From Candidatus Falkowbacteria bacterium RIFOXYD12_FULL_34_57 (GTDB taxonomy: Bacteria; Patescibacteriota; Patescibacteriia; Patescibacteriales; UBA12075): 58,380 nt of DNA. The stretch covers positions 1-58,380 of the forward strand of contig MFGN01000003.1 in the NCBI GenBank assembly GCA_001780285.1. The letters are read 5' to 3'. Under the pieces are notes generated by a model. The model saw only the letters and a program-made list of their open reading frames with translations, was not told where the DNA came from and searched no databases. Numbering within the stretch: the first letter of the stretch is position 1; every line of letters begins with the position of its first letter. Below, piece after piece: positions 18,515 through 28,269 of this stretch. Position numbers and translations under genes: made by a program.

Positions 18515-21181
18515 ATGCAATATCACAATCTAAAAATTAAAGCTTGTTTAGATATTTTAAAAACTCCAGAAAATGGCTTAACTAATGAAAAGGCTTTAAA
18601 AAGACAAGAAAAATACGGTAAAAACGAAATTGCAGAAGAGAAGCAGCTGGGTAAGCTAGCTATATTCTTTTCTCAATTAAACAATGCATTAGCGATTATA
18701 TTAATTATTGCTGGATTCTTGTCTTTGGGTTTGGGTGAATTTGTAGATGCCGGAGTTATTTTTAGCGCTATTGTCGTTAATACTATTATTGGATTTTTTC
18801 AGGAAAATAAAGCAAATCAAGCTATTACTAAACTAAAAACACTTGTAGAAAGAAAAACTGTGGTGCTTCGCGATGGCCACGAAATATATATAAATAGTAG
18901 TTTGATTACGGTTGGAGATATAATTTTAATCCGAGCAGGAAATCGTATTCCTGCAGACGCTCGCCTAATAGAAGCTTCTGATTTACAGATAAATGAAGCA
19001 AGCTTAACAGGGGAGTCTATTCCTTCAAAGAAAACTAACGAGATAATGCCCATGGGGGCGGCGCTTGCCGATAGAGAAAATATGGTTTATGCCGGTACAA
19101 TGGTAGTTCATGGAGTGGGGCGCGCAGTGGTGGTAAGCATTGGTTCAAATACTGAACTTGGGAAAATTGCCGAAATGGTGCGAAGCACAAAAGAGGAAAA
19201 AACTCCACTACAAATTAGACTCGATGGATTTGGCAGATTACTAGGAATTATGAGTACGATTATTTGCGCGGTGATTGTTATTGTTGGAATTATACAGGGA
19301 CGTGGATTAAGGGATATGTTTATCACGGGTGTGGCTGTGGCGGTCGCTTCTATTCCCGAAGGTCTTTCTATGGCGGTAACCTTTATTCTGGCGCTTGGAA
19401 TGCAAAGGATACTTAAAGAAAAAGCTTTAACTCGAAAATTAATTGCCGCTGAAACACTGGGTTCAACTACGGTAATATGCACAGACAAGACCGGAACACT
19501 TACAGAGGGAAAAATGCATGTTTCACATATCGTGATTGGTGAAAAAGAATTTGAAGTCAAAAGCCTTGGAAGCAGACAAGAAGAAAAAGAGGCTATGGCT
19601 GTCAGCTTGGCTTTGCAGGTTGCAATGATGTGCAACAATGCCACTGTTGAAAATCCTGACGACGAACTCGCATCTTGGCGGCTTATTGGCTCGCCAACTG
19701 AAGCGGCCCTTATGTCTGCAGCCATCCAATCTGGTTTGAATAAAGAAAAGCTTTTAAAGATAGAGCCCCAAATTGACGAAGTTCCTTTTGATAGCACTAA
19801 AAAATATATGCTGAGCTTGCACAAATCTGAAAAGAGCGGATATATTCTTTACGAAAAAGGCGCCCCGGAAATACTTTTAAATAAATCAGCAAATTATTAC
19901 CACAAAGGAATAGAAACAAATTTATCAGATGATGCTATTGCGCACTTAAATAAAACTTATGAAAATTTAACCAACAGAGGATTAAGGGTGATTGGTATGG
20001 CAATTAAGCATATAAAAGACAAGGGGGGATATGCTAAAGGCCACATTAATTGGGAAGATTTGGATAAAGATCTGACTTTTGTCGGCTTTATAGCTATTAA
20101 TGACCCCTTACGCCCAGAAGCTAGGGAAACAATTTTAATGTGCAAGAAAGCCGGAATTCGTCCAATACTTATTACTGGCGACCACAAATTAACTGCTCGC
20201 GCCATAGCTTTTGAGGTGGGTATGAAGATAAAGCCAGAAAACATTATTACAGGAGAAAAACTTGATAAAATCAGCGATGAAATTCTTAAAAAATTAGTGA
20301 AAAAAATTGATATTTATGCACGGGTTAGTCCGCATCACAAATTACGCATCATCAAGGCTTTACAAAGTCGCGGAGAAGTAGTGGCTATGACTGGCGACGG
20401 TATTAACGATTCTCCGGCACTCAAGGCGGCCGATATCGGCATTTCACTTGGCACCGGAACAGATATTGCCAAAGAAACTTCAGATATTGTGTTATTGGAT
20501 GATAATTTTACAACTATTGTATCGGCTATCAGGGAGGGGAGGGTGATATTTCAAAATATTAGAAAAGTTATTACCTATTTAATTTCAGATAGCTTTTCTG
20601 AAATTATTTTGATTATTGGTTCTATTATATTGAATACACCACTAGCTATTATTCCGGCGCAAATTCTATGGATTAATATTTTAAATGACGGCTTGCCTGA
20701 TTTTTCTCTGGCTTTTGAAAAGGGGAGTGAATCTACTATGCGTGAAAAACCAATAAAAAAAGAAGATCCCCTGCTTTCAGAAGAAATGAAAATGATTATT
20801 TTCCCCGTTGGTATTTTGCGCAGTTTAATGATTTTTATAATTTTTCTTTTATTATTTAAAAACTCAAATGATCTAGATTATATTAGGACTGTAATTTTTG
20901 CTATTTTGGGCACCGGAAGTTTAATGGCTATATTCAGCATTCGTGATTTTAGTTGCCCGATTTGGAGAAACAATCCTTTTTCAAACAAGTATTTACTTGG
21001 GGCTGTTGGGGTAAGTTTTGCTCTGCTTCTACTCGGTATATACTGGAGTCCTTTGCAGTTTATTTTACATACGGTAAATATCGGACTTTCATCTTGGCTC
21101 TTAGTTTTTGGGACAGGGCTTATAGGAATTTTAATAATAGAAGCTGTGAAAATGAGATATATCTTAAAAAATAATGTATAA
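18515..21181 (+). CDS. P-type cation-transporting ATPase (type II, Ca2+-like)
   Basis: TGES, IPEGL, DKTGTLT, KGAPE, TGD, MTGDGINDSPALK. Confidence 0.95.
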   Translation: MQYHNLKIKACLDILKTPENGLTNEKALKRQEKYGKNEIAEEKQLGKLAIFFSQLNNALAIILIIAGFLSLGLGEFVDAGVIFSAIVVNTIIGFFQENKANQAITKLKTLVERKTVVLRDGHEIYINSSLITVGDIILIRAGNRIPADARLIEASDLQINEASLTGESIPSKKTNEIMPMGAALADRENMVYAGTMVVHGVGRAVVVSIGSNTELGKIAEMVRSTKEEKTPLQIRLDGFGRLLGIMSTIICAVIVIVGIIQGRGLRDMFITGVAVAVASIPEGLSMAVTFILALGMQRILKEKALTRKLIAAETLGSTTVICTDKTGTLTEGKMHVSHIVIGEKEFEVKSLGSRQEEKEAMAVSLALQVAMMCNNATVENPDDELASWRLIGSPTEAALMSAAIQSGLNKEKLLKIEPQIDEVPFDSTKKYMLSLHKSEKSGYILYEKGAPEILLNKSANYYHKGIETNLSDDAIAHLNKTYENLTNRGLRVIGMAIKHIKDKGGYAKGHINWEDLDKDLTFVGFIAINDPLRPEARETILMCKKAGIRPILITGDHKLTARAIAFEVGMKIKPENIITGEKLDKISDEILKKLVKKIDIYARVSPHHKLRIIKALQSRGEVVAMTGDGINDSPALKAADIGISLGTGTDIAKETSDIVLLDDNFTTIVSAIREGRVIFQNIRKVITYLISDSFSEIILIIGSIILNTPLAIIPAQILWINILNDGLPDFSLAFEKGSESTMREKPIKKEDPLLSEEMKMIIFPVGILRSLMIFIIFLLLFKNSNDLDYIRTVIFAILGTGSLMAIFSIRDFSCPIWRNNPFSNKYLLGAVGVSFALLLLGIYWSPLQFILHTVNIGLSSWLLVFGTGLIGILIIEAVKMRYILKNNV

Positions 21182-21584
21182 GAATAAGGATAAAAAAAAG
21201 AATAGTAGGGTTTGGGGGCAGCTGCTTTTAACTGTTGTTGGTTTTATGATTTTGTTGATTATAGTGCTTCCTTTGTTTAAAAATATTAACAAGCAATATA
21301 AAGTAAACCAAGAAATAAAAGATTTGCAAAATGAAATAATTGCGCTTGAAAAAAATAATCAAGACCTGCTTAAATTAATTAACTTTTTAGAATCAGATCA
21401 GTTTATCACCGAACAAGCTCGATTAAAATTAAATTATAAAAAGGAGGGGGAAGATGTGGTGGTTATCAAGGACAAGGAAGATACAGCAAACAAAATGAAA
21501 ATTTTTGAATCAGGCAAAAGGCCAGAAGAAAATTTAAATAATCCAGAGAGGTGGTTAAGGTTTTTTATAAAACCGAATAGCTAA
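21174..21584 (+). CDS. septum formation initiator (FtsB/DivIC-like)
   Basis: TM, coiled coil, EQARLKLNYKKEGEDV. Confidence 0.8.
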   Translation: MYKNKDKKKNSRVWGQLLLTVVGFMILLIIVLPLFKNINKQYKVNQEIKDLQNEIIALEKNNQDLLKLINFLESDQFITEQARLKLNYKKEGEDVVVIKDKEDTANKMKIFESGKRPEENLNNPERWLRFFIKPNS

Positions 21585-21681
21585 TCAATAACTGAGGGTC
21601 AAAAGTCCAAAATCAAATTAATAGTTTTTAATATCCATAAAGTGTCGCGTAAGCGATTCCAGATTTTTAACCAATATTTTT

Positions 21682-23283
21682 ATGTTAAACAAAGTAGATG
21701 GTATAAAAAAATTAAGCAAAAAAGAACTGGAAGAGTCCAGAAAGATTGTGCTTGCCTCTATCAATGAAGAATTTAAGAAGGGACAAGAGCTTTTGGAGGG
21801 TAATAATAAGACGCCAAATAAAAAGGTAGATGGAATTTTTTCTTCCCTTAAACAATTAAAAAACAACAACAAACAACAAGTACAAAAAAAAGAAATAACA
21901 GATACGGAAAAAAAAGAGTGGAAAAAAGAAATTGGAAAAATTGTAGAAATTGAAAAACCAAGATTTAAAATATCCGGATTTGGTGTTATGAAAAATTTAA
22001 AGAATATTCAAAATCAGGAAGATTTGCACAAAAAAGACAAAAAAAATGATTTACAAATAAGCAACAACAACAAACAGGCTGTCAGAGGTTTAGTGGCAAA
22101 TAAAGAAAAAGAAGATGAAATACTTAAAATAAAAGAAGAAAAAATTCGCGAGATGCAATTACAAAAACAAAGACAGATAGAACAGGAAAGATTGAGAGAA
22201 ATAAATGCGTTAAAGGAAAAAGAAGAAGAAAAGAAGAAGAAAAAAGAGGAGGAAGAAAAAAGAAAAAGAGAAAAAGAACAGTTAATTTTAAAAAAACAAG
22301 AAGAGGAGAGACGAACAAAAGAAAGAGAGCGCCTCAAGGAGGAGAAAGAAAAACAACGAAAAATTCAGAGAAAAAAGAAAATAAAAGAACAATTAAGGAA
22401 AGAAAAAGAAGCTTTTAGGCAGATACAGCTTGAGGCCCGCGAAAAATCCAGAGAAAAGGAACACTTAGCCAGAATGCAAAAAAAGAAGAAAGCGGCAAAA
22501 AAGAGAGAGGCTTTGATAAAAAAATACAAATCAAAAATAAAATCTTTATTTAAATATTTACACCTTAGAACTTTTAAAACAACCAAAAAGGTCATTTATT
22601 TTTGTTTGTTTTTCTTGGTTGTGATTTTAATTTTATATTTTATTTTTGTTTCTGTGATATTAAAATTTGACATAGACAATGTGCTAAGCAGATTCGTGGC
22701 TGATTTTATCCCCGTTCCGGCACTTGCTACAAGCGACGGTATTATAGAATATTATAAGTATAAAGATTTGAAGGATAATTTTAAGAATACCGAAGGAGAA
22801 ACCGATATTGATAAAAAAATTCAATCTTTAATAGTAAGAGAAATCGCTATTAATAATCTAATAAAAAGATATGGTGTATCTTTTTCAGATTTTGAAAATC
22901 ATGACAAGCTAATGGAATTTTTGGAAAGTAAAGCTATGTACGACAATGCTATAAATCAGGTAGCAATAAATAGAATAAAAAAAATAAAAGGCATGATAGA
23001 TGATAACAATGATTTTGTGCGCATCTCTACCAAATTTGGTGATAAAATGGGAAAGATAAGCATCAATAAAAACACTGATCCGGATAAAAATGGTTTAAAA
23101 GATTTGGAGGTTAATGAAATAAGTGAGGTTATTTTTTCAGGCGATGGCTATTATATTTTTAGGTGCTACTATAAAACAGAAGAAGAAACTACTCTAAACT
23201 ATGTTTTTGTAAAGAGTAAAACCCTAGATGATTACTTATCTGAATATATAAAGAATTATAAACTGCTTAGTTTTGTGGATTAA
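21682..23283 (+). CDS. KE-rich coiled-coil membrane protein with degenerate SurA/PrsA-like C-terminus
   Basis: Charged helix, single TM, then PVPA...EISEVIFSGDGYYIF...KTLDDYL. Confidence 0.6.
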   Translation: MLNKVDGIKKLSKKELEESRKIVLASINEEFKKGQELLEGNNKTPNKKVDGIFSSLKQLKNNNKQQVQKKEITDTEKKEWKKEIGKIVEIEKPRFKISGFGVMKNLKNIQNQEDLHKKDKKNDLQISNNNKQAVRGLVANKEKEDEILKIKEEKIREMQLQKQRQIEQERLREINALKEKEEEKKKKKEEEEKRKREKEQLILKKQEEERRTKERERLKEEKEKQRKIQRKKKIKEQLRKEKEAFRQIQLEAREKSREKEHLARMQKKKKAAKKREALIKKYKSKIKSLFKYLHLRTFKTTKKVIYFCLFFLVVILILYFIFVSVILKFDIDNVLSRFVADFIPVPALATSDGIIEYYKYKDLKDNFKNTEGETDIDKKIQSLIVREIAINNLIKRYGVSFSDFENHDKLMEFLESKAMYDNAINQVAINRIKKIKGMIDDNNDFVRISTKFGDKMGKISINKNTDPDKNGLKDLEVNEISEVIFSGDGYYIFRCYYKTEEETTLNYVFVKSKTLDDYLSEYIKNYKLLSFVD

Positions 23284-23391
23284 AGAGGGTTTAATCCATG
23301 TAATATTATACTAAAATAAATATATTATAATATATTTATTTTTTTAATATTAGTAAAATTTTTTATTAAATTTAAAAAAACAAAAAAACAC

Positions 23392-23420
23392 TTGACAAAT
23401 ATTTAAAAATATGACATAAT
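23392..23420 (+). promoter_or_regulatory. sigma70 promoter
   Basis: TTGACA-17 bp-CATAAT. Confidence 0.6.
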
Positions 23421-23476
23421 GGTGTTATATAATTGTTCTTAAATTTGAAAGAAACTATTAAACAAGGAGTGAGGAA

Positions 23477-24040
23477 ATGACGACAGAGAAAAAAGTATTT
23501 GAAAGTATTTCGATTTATGGAGAACCCCTGGCTAAAACCATTGTGAAAGTAAAAGTTCCCAAAAACCCTAACAGTGTCACTGAAGATGTAATCGGCTTAA
23601 GCTGGATTGAACCCCATACATTTGCAGACCGGCAAGGAAATTTGATTGAGGTCAAAAAGCATCTTCGCCACGGATATCTGGCTCAGCCGGAATATGACGG
23701 TTCCATGGGCGGTCTCAGGACAGAGAGGGTAATTATCAGTCGGAATTTCTATGTTACTCCGGAAATGTGCGGAAAAATGATTGTGGCTCTCGCCGTGGTT
23801 ACACCGAAACATAGCAAGGGAAAGGTTCAGGAAATTACTTTCGGTGATCAGGTCTCGGAAAAAGATATTGACGCAGACAAAGTTATCATCGACTACTATC
23901 CGGTCAAAGAATCATCTGCCGTGGAACTTAAATTCCCGGAAGAAAGAAAGTCCGACAAGGACATTCCTGTGCCTGGTACCAAAAAGTTTATCCACTTCAA
24001 AGATACCGGATACACCTGGCACATGACAATTGACTGTTGA
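23477..24040 (+). CDS. hypothetical protein (stand-alone)
   Basis: 187-aa ORF, AAGGAG SD, own promoter and terminator. Confidence 0.8.
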   Translation: MTTEKKVFESISIYGEPLAKTIVKVKVPKNPNSVTEDVIGLSWIEPHTFADRQGNLIEVKKHLRHGYLAQPEYDGSMGGLRTERVIISRNFYVTPEMCGKMIVALAVVTPKHSKGKVQEITFGDQVSEKDIDADKVIIDYYPVKESSAVELKFPEERKSDKDIPVPGTKKFIHFKDTGYTWHMTIDC

Positions 24041-24052
24041 ACAACGAAAACA

Positions 24053-24096
24053 AAAGGGGCCCGGAAAAAAGCATAATGCTTTTCCGGGCCTTTTTT
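24053..24096 (+). terminator. intrinsic terminator
   Basis: GGCCCGGAAAA...TTTTCCGGGCC followed by TTTTTT. Confidence 0.8.
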
Positions 24097-24286
24097 AATA
24101 AAAATCTTTTCTTAAGAGGAATTTGCTCACTATAATTGTTATCAGATATATCAATCAGGATACAACGGTGTCCGACATCCCATCAATGTTAATTTAAGAT
24201 GGTATTTAAATAAAAACAATAGCTTTTTTATATCTGTTTATGGTATAATATAGTTAGTTAAAAGTTTATTCCGCATTTTAAATTTA

Positions 24287-25426
24287 ATGAATAACAACAA
24301 AAAACAAATAAAACGCATCGGAATAGATGCGCGATTTTATGGTCCGGGGAAGGGTTTGGGACGATATACTAAGGAGGTGGTAGATCGGATTTTGGATATG
24401 GACACAAAGAATGAATATGTAATATTTTTAGGTTTAGATAGCTTTGATATTTTTAATACCAAAAATCCAAAAGTAAAAAAAGTGTTGGTTCGTGCTCGCT
24501 GGTATTCTGTTTTAGAACAAATCATGATGCCTTATTTAATCTTGCGAGAAAAATTGGATTTTATGCATTTTTTGCATTTTAATGTACCCCTGATTTGTCC
24601 GACTAAATATATTGTCACTATCCACGACCTGATATTGACTAAATTTCCCACCCCCAGAGCAAGTACATTGAGCCCTATTTTTTATAAAATAAAACACCTT
24701 GGATATAAGATGATTATTAAATCTGGTATTAAGAATGCGCAAAAAGTAATAGCGGTGTCTTGTTTTACAAAACAAGAAATTATCAATCAATTCAGTATTT
24801 CAAATGATAAAATTGTGGTTACTTACGAAGGAGTTTCTAATGATTTAATGAAATTAAAAGCAGGTGACAAAAGCATGTCATTGGGGTATAATATAAGGGT
24901 GCCATTTCTTTTATATGTGGGTAATGCTTATCCCCACAAGAACCTGGGGGGGTTAGTTAACATTTTTTCTAAAATAAGAAAAAAATATCCGGATTTAAGC
25001 TTGGTTTTAGTTGGGAAAGAGGATTATTTTTATAAACGTCTAAAAACCTATGTAAAAGACCGCGATTTCACTAATATTATTTTTACTGGATATGTGTCTG
25101 ATCAAGATTTAGCCAAAATCTACAGCAAAGCCCTTGCCTATATTTTTTCTTCATTTTGCGAGGGATTTGGCCTCCCGCCACTAGAGGCCATGAATCACGG
25201 TGTTCCGGTACTAAGCTCCAATAAAACCTGTATGCCGGAAATATTGGAAGATGCTGCGCTTTATTTTAATCCAGACAAAGAGAGTGACGCAATACAAAAA
25301 ATTATTGAAATTATGGAAAATAAAGATTTAAGGGAAAAGTTAAAAATAAAAGGGTTTGCGCAAGTAAAAAAATACAGTTGGGACAAATGCGCCAGACAAA
25401 CTTTTGAAATTTATGTCAGAGAATAA
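24287..25426 (+). CDS. glycosyltransferase family 4
   Basis: IGIDAR, TIHDL, VGNAYPHKN, EGFGLPPLEAM. Confidence 0.93.
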   Translation: MNNNKKQIKRIGIDARFYGPGKGLGRYTKEVVDRILDMDTKNEYVIFLGLDSFDIFNTKNPKVKKVLVRARWYSVLEQIMMPYLILREKLDFMHFLHFNVPLICPTKYIVTIHDLILTKFPTPRASTLSPIFYKIKHLGYKMIIKSGIKNAQKVIAVSCFTKQEIINQFSISNDKIVVTYEGVSNDLMKLKAGDKSMSLGYNIRVPFLLYVGNAYPHKNLGGLVNIFSKIRKKYPDLSLVLVGKEDYFYKRLKTYVKDRDFTNIIFTGYVSDQDLAKIYSKALAYIFSSFCEGFGLPPLEAMNHGVPVLSSNKTCMPEILEDAALYFNPDKESDAIQKIIEIMENKDLREKLKIKGFAQVKKYSWDKCARQTFEIYVRE

Positions 25427-28268
25427 AAAAATATTATATACCAGCCATAAAGAAAGGCCTTCTCCCTTTTTGGTAAATTTGAATAAATTTATTACAAATG
25501 AAGAAAAAAAAGAAAACTTAAAGAATAAATCTTTTTTGAGTAGATTTTTTTCTTTTTTTCTTTTTTTCAAACCTAAAAAAGAAGAGGAACCGCAATTTTT
25601 CTTTCATGAAAATTCAGAGTTTGAGAAACCAAAAAAATTTAATATTTTTAATTTTAAAAAAATTCCGCCGGCAACAAAATTTTCTCTACTTAATAACGAA
25701 AATAAAAAACAAACTTTTTTGAACAGGTTAAATTTACAAATCAAAACCATTTTTCAAAAAAATAAAGATATTCTTCCGCATTTTTCATGGTCCAAAGAAA
25801 AAATTTTTAATAAGAACGGGCTCGAAGATAAAAAAAATTACAAAAAAATAAGAAGACTTTCATTTTTTGCACCCGTTAAATTAATATTTGTTTTAATTTT
25901 TTCTTTGATTCACGGAGTATTTTATTTAAGTTTCAAAATTGGATATATTTTTGTGTTTGTAGCTCGATTTTTTGGTGTTTTAAATATTGCCCTGCTTAAA
26001 TTTGTTGTTAGTTTTTTTGATTTTCGGGTAGAGACCACTTCTCCTTGCCCCAATTCCCCCCTTGAGAGAACCAATTTTTCGTCTATTAAAACACCCGCTT
26101 TAATAAAAGATAAAATTGAAGGAGTGGGCGGAGAAATAAAGAAGAATAATTTATTAAAAAAAATACTTGGCATCAACCCCGAATCTGCACTTTTAAAAAA
26201 TAGAGAATTTATTTCCAGATTGATAAAAAATAGGGGTATATATACCCATAGAAGACCGTCAATTTTAAAATCATTACTTGTCTTTGTTTTTATCTTAATG
26301 ATTTTAATTTCTCCGTTCGGAGCTATAGATTATTATCAAAATTTAGATGCCCTGCGCGGGAGAGTTTTGGGGGCATCAGAATCAGCTATTAATGACATTT
26401 TAATTGCTTCCAGATCTATGGCTGATTTAAATTTTGCACACGCCAATCAAGGTTTTGTCCAGGCTGGAAATAGTTTTTTTGAAGCGCAAAAAGAGATAGA
26501 AAAAATTAGCGGATTGCTTAGTATTCTTCATACTCTGCCAAATCAAAAATTAAAGTTAGCTTCCATGGCAGATTCAATTTTAAGGGGGGGGGAAATAGCA
26601 TCAGAAATAGGCAATCAATTCACTTCGGCGCTTAGTATTTTTGAAAAAAAAGAAGAACTATCTATTAAAGATATAATAGATAGTTTTTACACTCACGGAA
26701 AAATTATCAGTAAAAATATTCAAGAATTAAAAATTATTATTTCCCAAATTAACTTAAGGGATATACCACAGGAATACTTAGAAACCTTTATTATTTTAAA
26801 AGAAAAACTTGAATTAGTGGATAGTGGTTTGGTTGAATTTATTGACATATTAGAAAAATTAAAAATTTTTTTAGGATTTGAAATAGATAAGAGGTATATG
26901 CTTGTATTTCAAAATAACACAGAAATGCGCGCCAGTGGAGGATTTATGGGTAGTTTTGCTGTAATAGATTTTGCCGACGGTCAGATTACTAATTTAGATG
27001 TTCCTGGTGGCGGAACATACGACACTGAAGCTGGTCTTGATATCAAGATTGTTGCTCCCAAACCACTTCATTTGGTAAATCCTTTATGGCATTTTTGGGA
27101 TGCAAATTGGTGGCCTGATTGGCCAAAAACAGCACGCAAGCTGATGTGGTTTTATGAAAAAAGCGACGGTCCGACCGTGGATGGAGTAATAAGCTTCACG
27201 CCGACCGTTATGGAAAAATTTCTGAAAATTATGGGACCCATTGATATGACGGAAAAATATGGAAAAGTGTTTACTGCAGATAATTTTTGGGAAATCACCC
27301 AGGATCTAGCGGAACAAAAACAAGACATAACCCTAAAACCGAAACAAATAATAGGGGATTTGTTTGAAAAAATTATTACAGATTTACCGCAAAAGTTAAA
27401 TAAAGATTCATTTGTGGACTTGTTAAAATTGATTCGAGAATCAGCAAATGAAAAACATATCTTGTTTTATTTTAATGACGAAGTCTTACAAGATAAAATT
27501 AGTAAATTGGATTTTGGGGGAGAAATGAAAAATCAAACCAAAGATTATTTAATGGTTGTAAATACTAATATTGCCGGCCAAAAAAGTGATAAAAAAATAC
27601 AAGAAGAAATAAGTCATAAAGCCGAGGTTCTGGGTGATGGATCTATAATCAATACTCTGGAAATAAAGCGAACCCATACAGGCACGAAGGGAGAAAAATT
27701 TACAGGGGTAAGAAATGTTGATTGGATGAGAATTTATGTGCCACAGGGAAGTAAGCTTATAGAAGTAAGTGGTTTTGAGGCTCCGCCTAAAAAATACTTT
27801 GAACAGCCGGAACCCGATTGGATAAAAGATGAGGATGTTGGAAAAAACGAAGACGATGCGATCTATGACGAAGAAAGTGAAACATTTATTTATGATGAGT
27901 TAAATAAAACGGTTTTTGCTAATTGGTCACAGGTTGATCCGGGAGAATCTGTTAATATTATAATTAAATATAAATTACCCTTTAAAATAGAATTTCAAAA
28001 TAATAATGATTTTATAGAGAAAGTTGCCAAACTAATAAACCCTAATCAAAAAGAAATTACTACTTATGCCTTGCTTGCACAAAAACAACCCGGATCAATT
28101 GGCAGTAAAATAAAAAGTGAGTTGATTTTATCACCTCAGTATAAATCCATTTGGCAATATATAACTCCGTCATCTTCAACCAGCAACAAAGGGTGGGTAA
28201 TTGAAGATATTTTAACTACGGATAAATATTTTGCTGCGATTATAACACTTGCTAATTCACAAAATTAA
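25413..28268 (+). CDS. DUF4012-type membrane protein
   Basis: YMLVFQNNTEMRASGGFMGS, DANWWPDWP, VDGVI, VNTNIAGQKSD, QKQPG. Confidence 0.8.
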   Translation: MSENKKILYTSHKERPSPFLVNLNKFITNEEKKENLKNKSFLSRFFSFFLFFKPKKEEEPQFFFHENSEFEKPKKFNIFNFKKIPPATKFSLLNNENKKQTFLNRLNLQIKTIFQKNKDILPHFSWSKEKIFNKNGLEDKKNYKKIRRLSFFAPVKLIFVLIFSLIHGVFYLSFKIGYIFVFVARFFGVLNIALLKFVVSFFDFRVETTSPCPNSPLERTNFSSIKTPALIKDKIEGVGGEIKKNNLLKKILGINPESALLKNREFISRLIKNRGIYTHRRPSILKSLLVFVFILMILISPFGAIDYYQNLDALRGRVLGASESAINDILIASRSMADLNFAHANQGFVQAGNSFFEAQKEIEKISGLLSILHTLPNQKLKLASMADSILRGGEIASEIGNQFTSALSIFEKKEELSIKDIIDSFYTHGKIISKNIQELKIIISQINLRDIPQEYLETFIILKEKLELVDSGLVEFIDILEKLKIFLGFEIDKRYMLVFQNNTEMRASGGFMGSFAVIDFADGQITNLDVPGGGTYDTEAGLDIKIVAPKPLHLVNPLWHFWDANWWPDWPKTARKLMWFYEKSDGPTVDGVISFTPTVMEKFLKIMGPIDMTEKYGKVFTADNFWEITQDLAEQKQDITLKPKQIIGDLFEKIITDLPQKLNKDSFVDLLKLIRESANEKHILFYFNDEVLQDKISKLDFGGEMKNQTKDYLMVVNTNIAGQKSDKKIQEEISHKAEVLGDGSIINTLEIKRTHTGTKGEKFTGVRNVDWMRIYVPQGSKLIEVSGFEAPPKKYFEQPEPDWIKDEDVGKNEDDAIYDEESETFIYDELNKTVFANWSQVDPGESVNIIIKYKLPFKIEFQNNNDFIEKVAKLINPNQKEITTYALLAQKQPGSIGSKIKSELILSPQYKSIWQYITPSSSTSNKGWVIEDILTTDKYFAAIITLANSQN

Positions 28269-28269
28269 T

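Noticed and set aside
19108-19824. 238-aa antisense ORF and the many other short antisense or nested ORFs in the track
   Set aside because: Shadows of well-supported genes on the other strand or frame, with no motifs or start signals.
22014-22595. Phe/Ser-rich minus-strand ORFs and purine-rich quasi-repeats
   Set aside because: Reverse complement of the K/E-rich coiled-coil coding region, not a DNA repeat.
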